A stretch of DNA of 64,000 nt from Octopus bimaculoides (GCF_001194135.2 NC_068984.1:76076620-76140619), one strand, 5' to 3'. Positions 1 through 13,070 are shown, numbered from the stretch's first letter. Translations and numbers: made by a program. Notes: generated by a model not told the origin, from the letters alone.

Positions 1-119
1 ATTAAGGTTGACTGTAAAACCAAACTTTAAAAAGTTTGAATAAATATATCCACACAAATGAGTTTGTAACTTAAGTTTCTTCATTCATTCATTCATTGTT
101 ACATTAAAAACAAAACAAG

Positions 120-400
120 GTAGTATTATACCAGTCTGCCTAGTTCTGGGCTAATCAATACCTTGTGAGTGAATGTGGTAGATGGAAACTGTGTGGAAGC
201 CCATTATATAAATGTGTGCGTGTGTATACATGTTCATCTTTGCTTTTGTCCCCAACCAATGCTTGACAACTGGTGTCAGTTGTCTAATTCCCCATAACTT
301 AACGGTTCAGCAAATGACATGAATAGAATAAGTACCAGACTTTAAAAAAAAACAGAAAAAAGCCCCAAGGTTGATTTGTTTGACTGAATCCTGGATCTTT
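120..400 (+). mobile_element. SINE family A, degenerate
   Basis: CCTTGTGAGTGAATGTGGTAGATGGAAACTG...GCTTGACAACTGG...AATAGAATAAGTAC motifs. Confidence 0.65.
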
Positions 401-729
401 GATAACAAATTGGTTCAGAGCTGACTGGATGCAAGTGGGGGGGGGACACACACACACAAACATTAAAAACAAAATATTGCTGCATTAGAATAATAATTAC
501 CTTTCATATTGGAATATGCATGTATTTGTGCCAGCTCAGTTTTCCCTTTTGTATACAACTGATTTATCTAATACTCAGCTCATTTGTTATGTCATCCATG
601 CATTATATACAAAGTGGAGCATGCATACTTCATTTCATTCTAGATTTTGCATATTTTTCATATTAGTGCTCATGTTTTGCTATTATGCAATTATATTTGG
701 TATGCAGCAACATACAATCTGCCCATCAC

Positions 730-961
730 TTAACCATTTAATATTTAAACCAGCCATATCCAGCCAAATTACTCTAGTTGTTTTATGTACAAACCATCCA
801 GATCTGGCCTCTTACACCAACTCAACAATGTCATTCTAAAAATAAACAGTCATATTTTCAAACTCTCAAAGTTATGAAAGAATGCATGACTAATTCAAAA
901 TAATGTGAATAAATAAGCATTATTTATATTTGAGAGAGTAATCTGAATGCTAAAGGGTTAA
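730..961. mobile_element. piggyBac-type MITE, family 1
   Basis: TTAA-CCATTTAATATTTAAAC ... GAATGCTAAAGGG-TTAA. The interior is similar to the copies at 2049, 2520 and 43587. Confidence 0.75.
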
Positions 962-1749
962 AGAGAAAGTTTCTTTACTGCTAAAAGCTCTCTGAACTTT
1001 TGCCATTGAATGCTTATTTGCACCACTAGGCTTTTCAAACAACACCTCCATAACTCATTAGGTTACTTAGGTGACAGAGGCAATAAACAACATACAGAGA
1101 GACATCTGACCATTTGAAGAAACTCATTTTATGGGTGCTTTCACTGCTAACTACCCCTGTGCATCTATTACGTAAGAAGTCCTTTTTCTGTCAGCCTAAG
1201 TGAAATTTCACTCCCACTGCTAGTGTATTTACAGTTTACATTAGACATGCAGCAAAGAATTCACACCAACATGGTCACCTCTCCGATGGTAGTAGACTCT
1301 TATCTCCTTTCCTGTTAACACTAGTCTTTGTGAAGTTTACTTTTAAACTTCTTGAATCTGAGCACTGCTTCCCATGTTTGAAAATTTCTTCTGAGTCTTT
1401 GATATGGTTATGAGAACTAAATCAGCATACAGAAGTTTGCAACATCAATAATGAATGGTAAGAAATTTCACTGTGCAGTCAAATATCTGTTGTTTCTAGT
1501 GAAATAACAGATATTTGACTTATTTTTCAATGGCTGTGAGGCTTAAAAAGGGTGCTGGACTACTGGCCTCAAGCTCATTTAACAGATTAAAATTAAAAAT
1601 CCACCCCTACTTCAAGACTGAAGTGTCTAATGGCAGGAAGAACATTCAGTTGCAAAGAACAAAATATTTTGGAATAATGAATCTAAACAAAAAAATTTCC
1701 CTAAATATCAAAAATATACTTTCACCCATTACTCATATGATCCATCCAC

Positions 1750-2010
1750 TATTCTTGGGAATCCTAGGGCACCTCCTCTCCAAAACAATGTCATTAGACT
1801 TTCAGGTTGAATTCCCAACATAACCAATCAAGTCTATGGATATTATCCAACCATCTTGTTCTTAGTTTACCACTAAGTCTCCTACCAGTTGGCTTGGCTT
1901 GAAGAATCTGTCATGCAATAGTCTGATTACATGTCCACAGCACTGGAGCTGTGACCTCTCAATATGGAGAAGTAGCAGCTTGATCCGGAGAGATTGTTTG
2001 ATCTAGGATG
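1750..2010 (-). mobile_element. RTE-clade LINE C-terminal fragment, old
   Basis: Minus strand reads LLLHIERSQLQCCGHVIRL...QAKPTGRRLSGKLRTRWLDNI. This resembles the RTE/Rex3-type C-terminus (ERSQLRWFGH...RPTGRRPRGRPRTRW). Confidence 0.7.
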
Positions 2011-2048
2011 AGTAACATCTATTTTTCCTGAAACAAAGCATGCCTCGC

Positions 2049-2276
2049 TTAACCCTTTTAGCATTCAGATTACTGTCAAATGTAATAATTCTTTATTCAC
2101 ATTATTTCAAACCAATCACTGCATCATCTCGTAATTTCAAGATTTCATTCATGGGATTGTATATTTTTTGAATGACATTGTAAGGTAGGTGTGAGTAGTC
2201 AGATCTAGCCAGTGTGGACATAAAACAGGTAGAATATTTGTGCTGGATATCACTGGTTTAAATACAAAAGGGTTAA
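2049..2276. mobile_element. piggyBac-type MITE, family 1 (opposite orientation to 730-961)
   Basis: TTAA-CCCTTTTAGCATTCAG ... AAAAGGG-TTAA, no coding capacity. Confidence 0.8.
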
Positions 2277-2519
2277 AGAGTCGACACCAAATGCTTGAGG
2301 ATAACTGAGTTGGAACATATCAGTTATACTCACTCTAGGAAGTAGACCATCAGACGTTTTCTACTTCTAGTTTTCTATTAGCAGATCAATCTCTATGCCA
2401 GCTGTGAGGATCTCATCTCTTTTTTCAGACACTATGTATGAAAGACAACATATCCAATGTATCGTCCTTGCTTAAGATGGTGTGATTTGAGTGACATTCA
2501 AGCACTTGGTGGTAACTCT

Positions 2520-2654
2520 TTAACCCTTTAACATTTAAACCAGTAATATCCAGCCCAAATATACCTGTTTTACATCCAAACTGGCTAGATCTGACTTCTC
2601 ACACCTACTTTACAATGTCATTCAAAAATATCACTCACATTTCTAAAGGGTTAA
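2520..2654. mobile_element. piggyBac-type MITE, family 1, internally shortened
   Basis: TTAA-CCCTTTAACATTTAAACC ... TAAAGGG-TTAA. It shares the CTAGATCTG and ACAATGTCATTC internal motifs with 730-961. Confidence 0.75.
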
Positions 2655-2936
2655 GTGATTCCATTAACACATCCATATTGGTTCACATGGTACAATGGTT
2701 CTCAACAGGTACTGAGTTCCTTTTACAAAATGGCATTTTACATATGTTCCCACTTCATGTTTTTTTTTGCATTGCATAAAAAATAAAGCAGATTATTTGA
2801 CTACCTTAATTAAACAGAAGTTACTCTTTTTTATGCAGTGGTTTATTATCCCATTGTTCTTTCTTGTGCCTCCTTTTAGATAGTTCCATAGACTAGTACA
2901 CACTGTTATCTTGCTATGGAAATTTCTGAAGGTGAT

Positions 2937-2974
<38 letters not shown>

Positions 2975-3222
2975 GACCTTGGCACAGAAGCCACATTTCG
3001 GATCTATTTTAAAACGGGGGCGCCAGTTTTCATTTATGTTTTACGTAGTGTTTTTGGTACGGAAAGACTTTCAAACTTCGTATACTTATCTATTTTGTGT
3101 TATAGAACAGAAAAATATTTTTGTATTCGAATTTATTTCATGTAAAAAATTGTCTTATTTCGATAATTTCTACTAATCACTGACGTCTATTCAGTTGAAA
3201 ACAGTTAGCGCTGTAACGGTGT

Positions 3223-3683
3223 NNNNNNNNNNNNNNNNNNNNNNNNNNNNNNNNNNNNNNNNNNNNNNNNNNNNNNNNNNNNNNNNNNNNNNNNNNNNNN
3301 NNNNNNNNNNNNNNNNNNNNNNNNNNNNNNNNNNNNNNNNNNNNNNNNNNNNNNNNNNNNNNNNNNNNNNNNNNNNNNNNNNNNNNNNNNNNNNNNNNNN
3401 NNNNNNNNNNNNNNNNNNNNNNNNNNNNNNNNNNNNNNNNNNNNNNNNNNNNNNNNNNNNNNNNNNNNNNNNNNNNNNNNNNNNNNNNNNNNNNNNNNNN
3501 NNNNNNNNNNNNNNNNNNNNNNNNNNNNNNNNNNNNNNNNNNNNNNNNNNNNNNNNNNNNNNNNNNNNNNNNNNNNNNNNNNNNNNNNNNNNNNNNNNNN
3601 NNNNNNNNNNNNNNNNNNNNNNNNNNNNNNNNNNNNNNNNNNNNNNNNNNNNNNNNNNNNNNNNNNNNNNNNNNNNNNNNNNN
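3223..3683. other. Assembly gap (largest of 16 N-runs)
   Basis: Other N-runs: 5529-5605, 6074-6403, 10268-10321, 10992-11091, 12263-12362, 12594-12603, 15919-16056, 16997-17156, 31316-31325, 32067-32266, 37608-37968, 42251-42260, 45612-45621, 59381-59390 and 62232-62326. Confidence 0.98.
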
Positions 3684-4139
3684 NGTTTAAAACATATTAT
3701 ACGTCATCATAGTCTTAATATTTTATTCCTTAAAAAAAATCATTACCACCTTATAGGGTACTATAACTCAGGTTAATTACTGACTTAGCATTAATAAATA
3801 TAATAGTGGCAATTATGTTACCCCCCCCCCAAATCAGTTCCAATCCAGTAAAACTATAACAATAAAAGACGCCCCTGTAATCTTTTTCCAGACAATATCT
3901 ACGGCTATATTATCCAATCAGTCTTTATATTTTTACAGGAATGTTTTTTCTTTTTTTTTTTTGTTCGTTTGTTTTTAAAATTTGGTTGGTATTTCTAGCA
4001 GGTTAATAAGAACTACGTTAAGCCTTTCTTGTTGATTTATTCTGCTGTCCGGCAAATTGATTAGGGTAAACAGCCACTCGCGTTTATCTTCTATAGCCCC
4101 CACACCAATTTACAGCAACTAACTACGTGTCGTTGATAA

Positions 4140-4310
4140 AGACAGTAAGCCGCTATGCGGCCATTTGACTTGCTAAAAATAGTAATCAAATCTCCTTCAA
4201 TTTACACGCTACACACAATTTCAAATAAAGAATAAATCGAATCATCACAGTGTTTGATCATAGGCGTGCTGCTTGATCAGGACTAACCAGGGGCTAAACA
4301 ACGAGTTGAC
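4140..4310 (+). mobile_element. Interspersed repeat family C (SINE-like, unclassified)
   Basis: GCCGCTATGCGGCCATTTGACTTGCTAAAAATAG...AAATCTCC...GGGCTAAACAAC. Similar cores occur near 4690-4780 (-), 5320-5480 (-), 16830-16960 (-), 17280, 20645, 31560, 44640-44790 (-), 55300 (-), 56290 and 61990. Confidence 0.55.
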
Positions 4311-4887
4311 CAACTTGCAGTCAGTTTTGAAGCTAAGATAACAACAGCTTGTGCACAAGGTAATAACTGCAATAATGACTTAAGTTCTGTTCATTAAATA
4401 TATATAAATACACCCCACCACCACCACCATCACCACTCCGCTCCTAATCAACTTCTGGGATGGTTTCATTCAGTTTTTTCATCACAACTAGATTTAATTG
4501 GTTCTTCCCTCAGTTCTGCTAATCTAGAATACCTTTTGGAGACACTTTATTTTGGACTTCTATTACAAGAGAAAGAAAGAAAAGAAAAAAATAATAAACA
4601 ACAAAGGGAATAAACAAGAAAGAAAAAAAAGGTAGGATAAGTAGTTCTAATAGTAATAAATTATTATATAATGTAATTTCATCTTTAAAATGCTCTTTCA
4701 GAAAGTATATAGCGGTTTGAAGGAGAGTCTTTGCTCCTATTTCTAGCAAGTCGCACGACCACATAGTGGCGCCCACGTTCGCTGTTAAGGGCCGGATGTG
4801 GAGAGTTGGATGGTTGTAAAGTCAAAAAGACAAAAGCGAATGATTTAAATAAGAAAGTTAGAGAAACAAGTGTTAGTGTAGACTTAC

Positions 4888-5310
4888 GGGGTTTGGGAAG
4901 TTGTCAAGAACGAGAAAGAATTGAAAGAGAAAAAAGAGAGGAGGAGAGAAAGAGAATAAGAAGAAAAAATCAAAACAAAGGCCAGAGAGCAGTTCCAATG
5001 ATTACAACGTGAGAAAGACTAAAACAGCTTCTGTTATAGGGACGAGGAGGAGATGGAATAGGAGGTAGTGGTGGTGGTGACTTTCTGCTTGTGTTGGGAG
5101 ACAGAGGCATGTAAAACGAGAAACGGATATAATATGAAGTGTTTTCCTTGCTGTGTGACCGAAGAAAGTTGAGTAAAGGTCACGAACAGTGGTGGAAGAC
5201 GATAATAGGTGGATATGGAAACAAGGAAGGGTGCGTGCAATCCTAAGGTTTAGGGGTGTTTGAGACAAAACAAAACAAGATAAGACAGTTCTTAACCCCC
5301 CACCACTCAT
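4888..5310 (-). other. Candidate non-coding first exon (minus strand)
   Basis: GC-richer unique sequence ending at donor CCC|GTAAGT (GT at 4887-4886). A strong acceptor (long pyrimidine tract plus TAG) lies at 4561-4560, defining a 328-nt intron. The 5' boundary is unknown. Confidence 0.3.
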
Positions 5311-6029
5311 GTCAGCCTTGCTTTAAGTAGATCTATGATCAAAAGAGTTTCAACCATCAACAGTCTTAGGCAGTGTATCTCGGACTGCTACTATTATTAT
5401 CCAGTGTCCTTAATTTTTAAGCTAGCTGAATGAGATGAGGGTAAATCTGGCTGTTATTTCTGGCAGGTCAAGACTTCCTTATTGGATACGAGAGCAATGC
5501 TTATAAGAATACAAAAAAAAAAAAAAAANNNNNNNNNNNNNNNNNNNNNNNNNNNNNNNNNNNNNNNNNNNNNNNNNNNNNNNNNNNNNNNNNNNNNNNN
5601 NNNNNGGAAAAAAAAAAAAAAAAAAAAAACGGTCTAATAGTTGGACTATATATAATACGTGGCTAAAACTTCACACAACACATAGACAAGCTTCACTGCT
5701 TTAGAATCAACACAGGAAGAGGTGTGTGTATGTGTGTGTGTGTGATAGAACAATATTTCTTCTAGAATTTTGTATTTCTGGTTCAAAACTCACTGGGGTC
5801 AACTTTGCCTTTGATCCTTCCAGGGTTGATAAAATATGGTTATCTGTCAAGTACAAAAATATTTAATTGACTAAACCCCATCCACCGAAATAGCTGACCT
5901 TTTGCCTATATTAGAAATATATACATATACACACGTGTACACACACGAGCATTCATATATGTCTGAACAAAATAGATACATGATAAGGATCTCTCCTGAA
6001 GCAATTTATTTATGTGTTGTGTGTGTGTG

Positions 6030-6073
<44 letters not shown>

Positions 6074-6403
6074 NNNNNNNNNNNNNNNNNNNNNNNNNNN
6101 NNNNNNNNNNNNNNNNNNNNNNNNNNNNNNNNNNNNNNNNNNNNNNNNNNNNNNNNNNNNNNNNNNNNNNNNNNNNNNNNNNNNNNNNNNNNNNNNNNNN
6201 NNNNNNNNNNNNNNNNNNNNNNNNNNNNNNNNNNNNNNNNNNNNNNNNNNNNNNNNNNNNNNNNNNNNNNNNNNNNNNNNNNNNNNNNNNNNNNNNNNNN
6301 NNNNNNNNNNNNNNNNNNNNNNNNNNNNNNNNNNNNNNNNNNNNNNNNNNNNNNNNNNNNNNNNNNNNNNNNNNNNNNNNNNNNNNNNNNNNNNNNNNNN
6401 NNN

Positions 6404-6448
<45 letters not shown>

Positions 6449-7491
6449 TCCAGTGACTAAATAAAATTATTATATTCATAATATTATTTATCACTCACAA
6501 GTGGAGAAAAATTTGTGATAGTTAAAAAGGGGTAAAAATGTGTTATTCCTCACTGGATTTGAACTCAGGTCAAGCAAGTATCAAACTGAATAACATAGAA
6601 TCCAGTACAAGATCTCGTAATCTACTATGAATGATACCCTATTATTTTGGATAATGTTCTGTTCCCTACTGCTGTCATTTCTTCTTTCACATGGACATTA
6701 GGTTTGTAGAACATTGCAGATCATAGATCTGTATCATAGTCAGGGCTGACCAAGGACTAAACAACACCAGCAAAACCCCAAGCAGGCAAGCTCTCCACCA
6801 TATATACCCACAACACCACTAGTACTACCACCTACTGGTGATGGACGTTGACAGACATTCTTCGTTTGGATTAGATGTCCATAATTTTCCATGATGTATA
6901 TACAATTACCAATCCTTGGCACCAACTGAGACCTCTATTACTGACTTGGTTCACTGGGGAATTGACCTTAAAGTGGTTGCTACACAACAATCATCTCCCT
7001 AACTATTATCTGGCCATTGTCACACAATGTCCAGGCACAACTCCTTCACACTTTTAAATGAGGTGAATATACAGATTCTGTTACAGCAGTGCATTTTCCT
7101 CAAAGACAAGCACATTTGGCAACATCAAAACAAAGACAGGGTGTGTTGGATACAAAATGTTAGAACCTCTACCCACTCAACACTACTCACAAAATTAGTA
7201 AAAAAAAAATCACTAAAACACACACACACTTTATGTGTGTGTGTATATATATATAAATAAAGAAAATATATATAAAATATTACTGCAATGATTATCCTTG
7301 TGAACATGTATCCTGTTTTGTTTTTACATATACATGTCTGCACGCATGTGTATATATCCTGTTTTGTTTTCACATATACATATCTGCATGCACCTCTATA
7401 TATCTTCATTTGTGTAAACCTCTCTAAATATAATGCATTATACATAAATATATGTTATATATAATACATAATATGTATATATGCATATATA

Positions 7492-8732
7492 TTGGGTCAT
7501 CCCATAAATAATGCGTCATTTTTATATTACTTTTATTTTTCAAAATTAAGATAAACAATGTTCCTTTTTAATCTAAAATATACTCTCCTTCATGTTCTAC
7601 AATGCTCTTCCATCTACCTAGTAGACTTGCAAGGCCCTCTTCCAAAATTCACAGGTCTGTGATGAAAAATACTCCTCCAGTACTGTTCTGACCTCGTCTA
7701 CAGAATTCATATTTTTTCCATCCAAATGATTTTGAAGACTGCAGAATAAATGATAATCAGAAGGCAAATACGGTGGGTGGGGCATCATTTCCCGTTCAAA
7801 CTGCTCCAGCTTTTGAAATGTCATCCTTGCTGCATGACGGAAGAACACTTTTCGTCTTGAAACCAAAGAAGGTCGTTTTTCTTCTATTGCTGACTTAAGC
7901 CGTTGAAGTTGCTTGCAGCAGATCTTTATCGTTTGATCTGGACTTAAAAATTCAAAGTCAACTAAGCCTTTCATATCTCAAACAGATAACAACACCTTAA
8001 GTGGGTAAAGACCTTCTTTAGCCTGAGGTGCCAGTGTTTCTCCTTTTCCTACCCACTACCTTTGGTGCTTAACATTTTTATAGAGAACCCATTTCTCATC
8101 ACCAGTCACTATTCGGTCCAAACAAGGTTCATTTGTGAGACATGACAGCAAAGAAGAGCTTCACTCTCTGTGCGTGATTAGACTCAGAAAGCTTGTGAAG
8201 AACTCAGTGACCCAATTTACTGACTTTTCCAATGGCATGCAGGTGTTGATAAATGGTTGATTGACCAAATCCAAGCTTCTCTGCTAGTTATCTAACAGTT
8301 ACAATGAAATTCTGTTCCACCAGGGTTTGCAGGACATCCTTGTTGAGCTCTACAGATCTTCCAGGACGAGGCATGTCTTCTAGGCTGCAGTTTCCAGCTC
8401 GGAATTTCTGGAAACACCGCTGACACTGGCTTATGCTTATTGTCCGATCCCCACATACTGCATTAATATTCCTTGCACTTTCCATTGTGTTGTTGCCTTT
8501 ATTGAACTCATAAAACAAAGTATGTTGAATATGCTCCTTTGTCACTTCCATTATAGCTTTGAAAAAATAACTTAACATTGAACTGCATTCTTCAAAACTT
8601 ACAATAAGAATAAGGACAAGGTAAAATTACTACCAGCATTTATAGCAAGCTGATGCAGGTAGTTTATCCTTTCCCCCTTCGACTTTTAATTGATGCAATT
8701 GAAAAAGCCACATTATTTATGAGATGACCCAA
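7492..8732 (-). mobile_element. Mariner-family DNA transposon, near full length, inactive
   Basis: 24-bp TIRs TTGGGTCATCCCATAAATAATGCG (7492) and the complement of TTGGGTCATCTCATAAATAATGTG (ending 8732), each flanked by TA. The internal minus-strand ORF pieces are mariner-like. Confidence 0.93.
7618..8551 (-). pseudogene. Degenerate mariner (DD34D-type) transposase
   Basis: N-terminal piece MEVTKEHIQHTLFYEFNKGNNTMESARNINAVCG...FQKFRAGNCSLEDMPRPGR resembles the mariner HTH region. C-terminal piece ...PHPPYLPSDYHLFCSLQNHLDGK is a degraded YSPDLAPSDYHLF motif. Stops, frameshifts and loss of the HDNARPH motif are visible. Confidence 0.9.
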
Positions 8733-9376
8733 TAGATACCCTTTAGCAAGAAACTTGTTCTACTTTGGTTCCTTTTCTCATACTTTAAGCTCACATCTCT
8801 TAGCATAAAGCTTCTTTTGGGGGTTTGCTGCATGGCAATCCCACTAGTGCTGACCTCACGAAAGATAGAAAAACAAAAAGCACCGCATTCATATATAAAA
8901 GTGGGTACCTTAGGAAAGGCATCCAGCCACAGTATAATACAAACATACATGTACACACACACACACATATATATAAGAGAGAGAGGGGGTGCTGGTGAAA
9001 GTAGGAGGAGGAGATACAATTAATAGAGAACAAGGTAGTAATTTAAAAATGAAAGTAGGAAACAATGTGATAGAAATTTGTTAACCAAAAGAAATAAGTT
9101 AACGTTTTTTAGTTTGTCTTCGTAAACTATATCACAAAAATAACTGAACATCTTAAGTAATGAAAATCGAAATGTGTGTAATAAGATCTCGGGAGGCTGA
9201 AAAACCAGAGGATCTAAGATTAGTGCCGACGAGTATACACGTGTTGTGGTCTGGCCTGTCGGGTGAGATGAGGTCAATACAAAAAAAGTTATATGTGAAG
9301 TTTTGTAACTATATATACATATTCATACATATATGTTTGTGATTCTCTCTCTCTCTCTCTCCCTCTCACCATATAC

Positions 9377-9440
<64 letters not shown>

Positions 9441-10321
9441 ATATACACACACACACATGCACATAAATCCATACACATACACACATATGTATACACGCAT
9501 ACGAACATATACACATATCATACACAACCATGTCAACGAAGTGTAGAAATTGACAAGTTATATGCATATTTATTTCCTTTCGCTTTTCACTCTATGTACA
9601 GTACCACTCATAACTCACTCAGATTGAAATAATAATAATGCTTTATGGAAGGAACCTCAATATTTCAGATTCACATGAGGAGGAAACAAGATTTTGCGAC
9701 GTTCATGCACAAATAATTACGTAAGAAAAAAAATTAGACACGCATGCTTATTTGGATTATTAGAGCGAGACACACACACACACACACACACACACTCTGC
9801 CACCCCTTTCTTACTCTATACACACACAAACGAAAATATTAAAATTCTAATATAAACAAGATCAAATATATTATTCACAAAATGTTTACAAATGTGGAAA
9901 GATACATGCATATTACACAAATTCACATTATAGTTCTTTAATCCATTTTAGCCAGCGCAAAGCAACGCCTTTGCGCGCGCACACGTTTTTATAAATAAAT
10001 ATATGTATATATATACATACACACACAAAATTTCATATACATATGAATTGTGCATATATAAGATTTAAAAAAAAACCATGTGTATACAAACAAAATATCT
10101 TACATATTAAACGTTACATAGAGGTACTTTTTCATGTTTCGCTTTATACACAGTTATATATCAAATTACATTTTTGTTGTAACAATTACTGCTCTATTCT
10201 TTAGAGTGTGCTTCTTTTCTGATACATGTTTTATTGACTATGTGCGTGTGTGTGTGTGTGTATATATNNNNNNNNNNNNNNNNNNNNNNNNNNNNNNNNN
10301 NNNNNNNNNNNNNNNNNNNNN

Positions 10322-10369
<48 letters not shown>

Positions 10370-10706
10370 TATATATACGCGCGCGCACACAAATTGTTAC
10401 ATATTACATTTTATTTATATGAATATATATATAACTATATCTTGCTTGTATGAATGTATATTATTTTTTATTACTTGATGTGCATTTAGTTACATATAAT
10501 TACAATTTCTAATGTTTATATATATATATATATATATATATGACGGCTGTGAAAAATTAAAATGAAAGGGGAAGACAAGCGGTTGAAGTCTTTCTTGCTC
10601 TCTTTCTCTCAAGTAGGGCCCCCCCCCCTCGCCCCATGGATGACAGTAGTAGTAGTAGCAATAGTAGTAGTAAGCTTTATAGTTTTTTTTTAATACTTAT
10701 ACTTAC

Positions 10707-10834
10707 CCAGTAAGTGTTGAATCCCTATTAGAAATAGGAGTCAGCGAAGAGGAAGAACTGGATAGAAGAAGCTGCTTTTGCTCAGCTGGGCTGGCCAGTG
10801 GCAGCAGTGAACTTATCTTACAACCGTCAAACAT
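10707..10834 (-). CDS. Candidate first coding exon of an unidentified minus-strand gene (MFDGCKISSLLPLASPAEQKQLLLSSSSSSLTPISNRDSTLTG, phase 2)
   Basis: ATG at 10834. This is the only frame open across the segment, and it ends at a consensus donor TGG|GTAAGTAT (GT at 10706-10705). It is GC-richer than its flanks. No homology recognised. Confidence 0.4.
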
Positions 10835-10918
10835 CTCTCATTGTTATCCGTATCATGCTAGAAGACTTGTGAGAAAGTGTTAGATTTTTCTCTGCCGACT
10901 ATCAAATTCTTATCTGTA

Positions 10919-10949
<31 letters not shown>

Positions 10950-10952
10950 ATG

Positions 10953-10991
<39 letters not shown>

Positions 10992-11091
10992 NNNNNNNNN
11001 NNNNNNNNNNNNNNNNNNNNNNNNNNNNNNNNNNNNNNNNNNNNNNNNNNNNNNNNNNNNNNNNNNNNNNNNNNNNNNNNNNNNNNNNNNN

Positions 11092-11130
<39 letters not shown>

Positions 11131-11524
11131 CAAGCTTATTCAGGATAAACGAAATTAGGATTTTTTTCTTCTTTTTTGACAATTGATCACCGAGATATTT
11201 TCATCATCGTCGTTTGTTTGCAATCAAAGAACGAGAGAATACATTCGCACTTATATATATATATATCTCCAGCTTAATTGGTAAAGACAAAAGAATTAGA
11301 AATAGAACAGAAAATAAAAGCTAACGAAAGGAAAAATTGGAAAATTATTACAGAAACGTCGTCCATATGTACGTTGTGTTCTCTATTTTCTTCCTTCACC
11401 CATGGCCACCGAAACTACTAAAGAATTAACAATTTATAATGAAACTTATTTAACAAATGTATTTTGAAAAATACTGGCCGTTTGTGATCACATCCTTCGT
11501 AGCTTTGAGATCGTAAATCCAACA

Positions 11525-12130
11525 TTATCTGGAGCTAAGGGAGAGAGAGAGAGAGAGACATACACACAAGGGGACAGAGAGATTGACAAGATCTATTGTA
11601 TGTATGTAGGCAGTGGAAAAAGACACTGTCCAACAGGAGCAAGAACAAATAATAAATAGGTGGTATGGTCTGGTCTGGTCTGATGTGGAAGACTGCTGTG
11701 GCCTGGACCTGCCTGTTTCTTCTCCCCCTTTTCGAGGAGACGGTAGGGGCAGGAACAACAATGCCCACAAGAAGAAACGATACTCAAATGTAAAGAGTAC
11801 ACAGCTAGAAGTAGAAGTAGCAGCAGCAGCAGCGGCATCACGACTAAATAGATAGTGGTGGTGGTGATGATGATGATGATGACAACGGTGACTCCTTCCT
11901 TAGGGGTGGTAGAAGTGAACAAGACAAATTAAAAAAAGAAAAAAAAAGGGTTACGACTAGACTGCTCACCAAACAGGAACAGACATCACTCAAGGAGCCA
12001 GGAGTGTTCCTTACACAGCAAGTCATTACTCTATTATAAACACTAAGGGACTCAGAAGGGGTAATGTCCCCTCTCTCTTTTCTCGTCTCAGTCGCTCGCT
12101 CCTTCCCTCGATTCCGTGTATTCTCTTTCA
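11525..12130 (-). other. Candidate 5' UTR / TSS-proximal region of the minus-strand gene
   Basis: Non-repeat, GC-richer, CpG-containing sequence with triplet runs (CAT, CAC, GCT, CTT), upstream of the 10834 ATG. Inference only. Confidence 0.3.
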
Positions 12131-12194
12131 TGCTTTTCTTTCATTGGAGAGCTCTAATTTTGCAACTAGAATGAATGTCAGATAAACTAGCTTT

Positions 12195-12227
<33 letters not shown>

Positions 12228-12549
12228 TTATATATGATCCTTGTATTTTCGATGCCGGTTAGNNNNNNNNNNNNNNNNNNNNNNNNNNNNNNNNNNNNNN
12301 NNNNNNNNNNNNNNNNNNNNNNNNNNNNNNNNNNNNNNNNNNNNNNNNNNNNNNNNNNNNNNCATATATATACATATACATACATATACATACATATACA
12401 TATATATACACAAACATTTTTTTACAAATATACATATATATACACAAATATACATATATATATTTATTTATATATATATATACACAAATATACACACATA
12501 TATATACAAATATACATGTACAAATATACACACATATATACAAATTTAC

Positions 12550-12593
<44 letters not shown>

Positions 12594-12618
12594 NNNNNNN
12601 NNNATATATATATATATA

Positions 12619-12997
12619 TGGCTGTGTGGTAAGTAAGTTGCTTACCAACCACATGGTTCCCGATCCAGTCCCACTGCATGGCACCTTGGGCAAGAGTCTT
12701 CTACTACAGCCCTGGGCTGACCAAAGCGTTGTGAGTGGATTAAGTAGACGAGAACTGAAAGAAGGCTGTTGTATATATGTATATGTGTGTGTGTGTCTGT
12801 GATTGTCCCCCCCCCCAACATCGCTTGACAACCGATGCTGGTGTGTTTACGTCCCTGTAACTTAGTGATTCGGTAAAAAGAGACTAATAGAATAAGTACT
12901 AGGCTTACAAAGATTAAGTCCTGGGTTCGATTTGATTCGACTAAAGGCTATGCTCCAGCATGGCCACAGTCAAATGATTGAAACAAGTAAAAGAGTA
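12619..12997 (+). mobile_element. tRNA-like SINE, family A, full length
   Basis: Head TGGCTGTGTGGTAAG...CCACATGGTTCC...AGTCCCACTGC (A/B-box-like), internal (TA)(TG) microsatellite, and tail GCTCCAGCATGGCCACAGTCAAATGATTGAAACAAGTAAAAGAGTA. It recurs many times in the window. Confidence 0.85.
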
Positions 12998-13018
12998 AGA
13001 GACACATACATACATACA

Positions 13019-13070
<52 letters not shown>

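Noticed and set aside
4519-4776. ORF MGATMWSCDLLEIGAKTLLQT...
   Set aside because: GTG start. The N-terminus derives from the family C repeat and the remainder from a pyrimidine tract.
4766-4778. TGGCGCCCACGT resembling a tRNA-Lys primer-binding site of an LTR element
   Set aside because: Partial match only, with no LTR or gag/pol nearby. It lies at the edge of an inverted family C repeat copy (compare 4150-4185).
9955-9976. GC-rich hairpin GCGCAAAG-CAACGC-CTTTGCGC, considered as a Helitron 3' hairpin or a terminator
   Set aside because: No correctly spaced CTRR end. Rho-independent terminators do not apply to this eukaryotic DNA. A single 8-bp stem is expected by chance.
10699-10712. ATACTTACCCAG resembling the 5' end of U1 snRNA
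   Set aside because: The similarity stops after 9 nt and there is no U1 body or Sm site. It is better explained as the reverse complement of a splice donor.
11613-11855. Plus-strand ORF MEKDTVQQEQEQ...AAAAAASRLNR
   Set aside because: GTG start, low complexity and no recognisable domain. It is more simply the antisense of UTR-like sequence.
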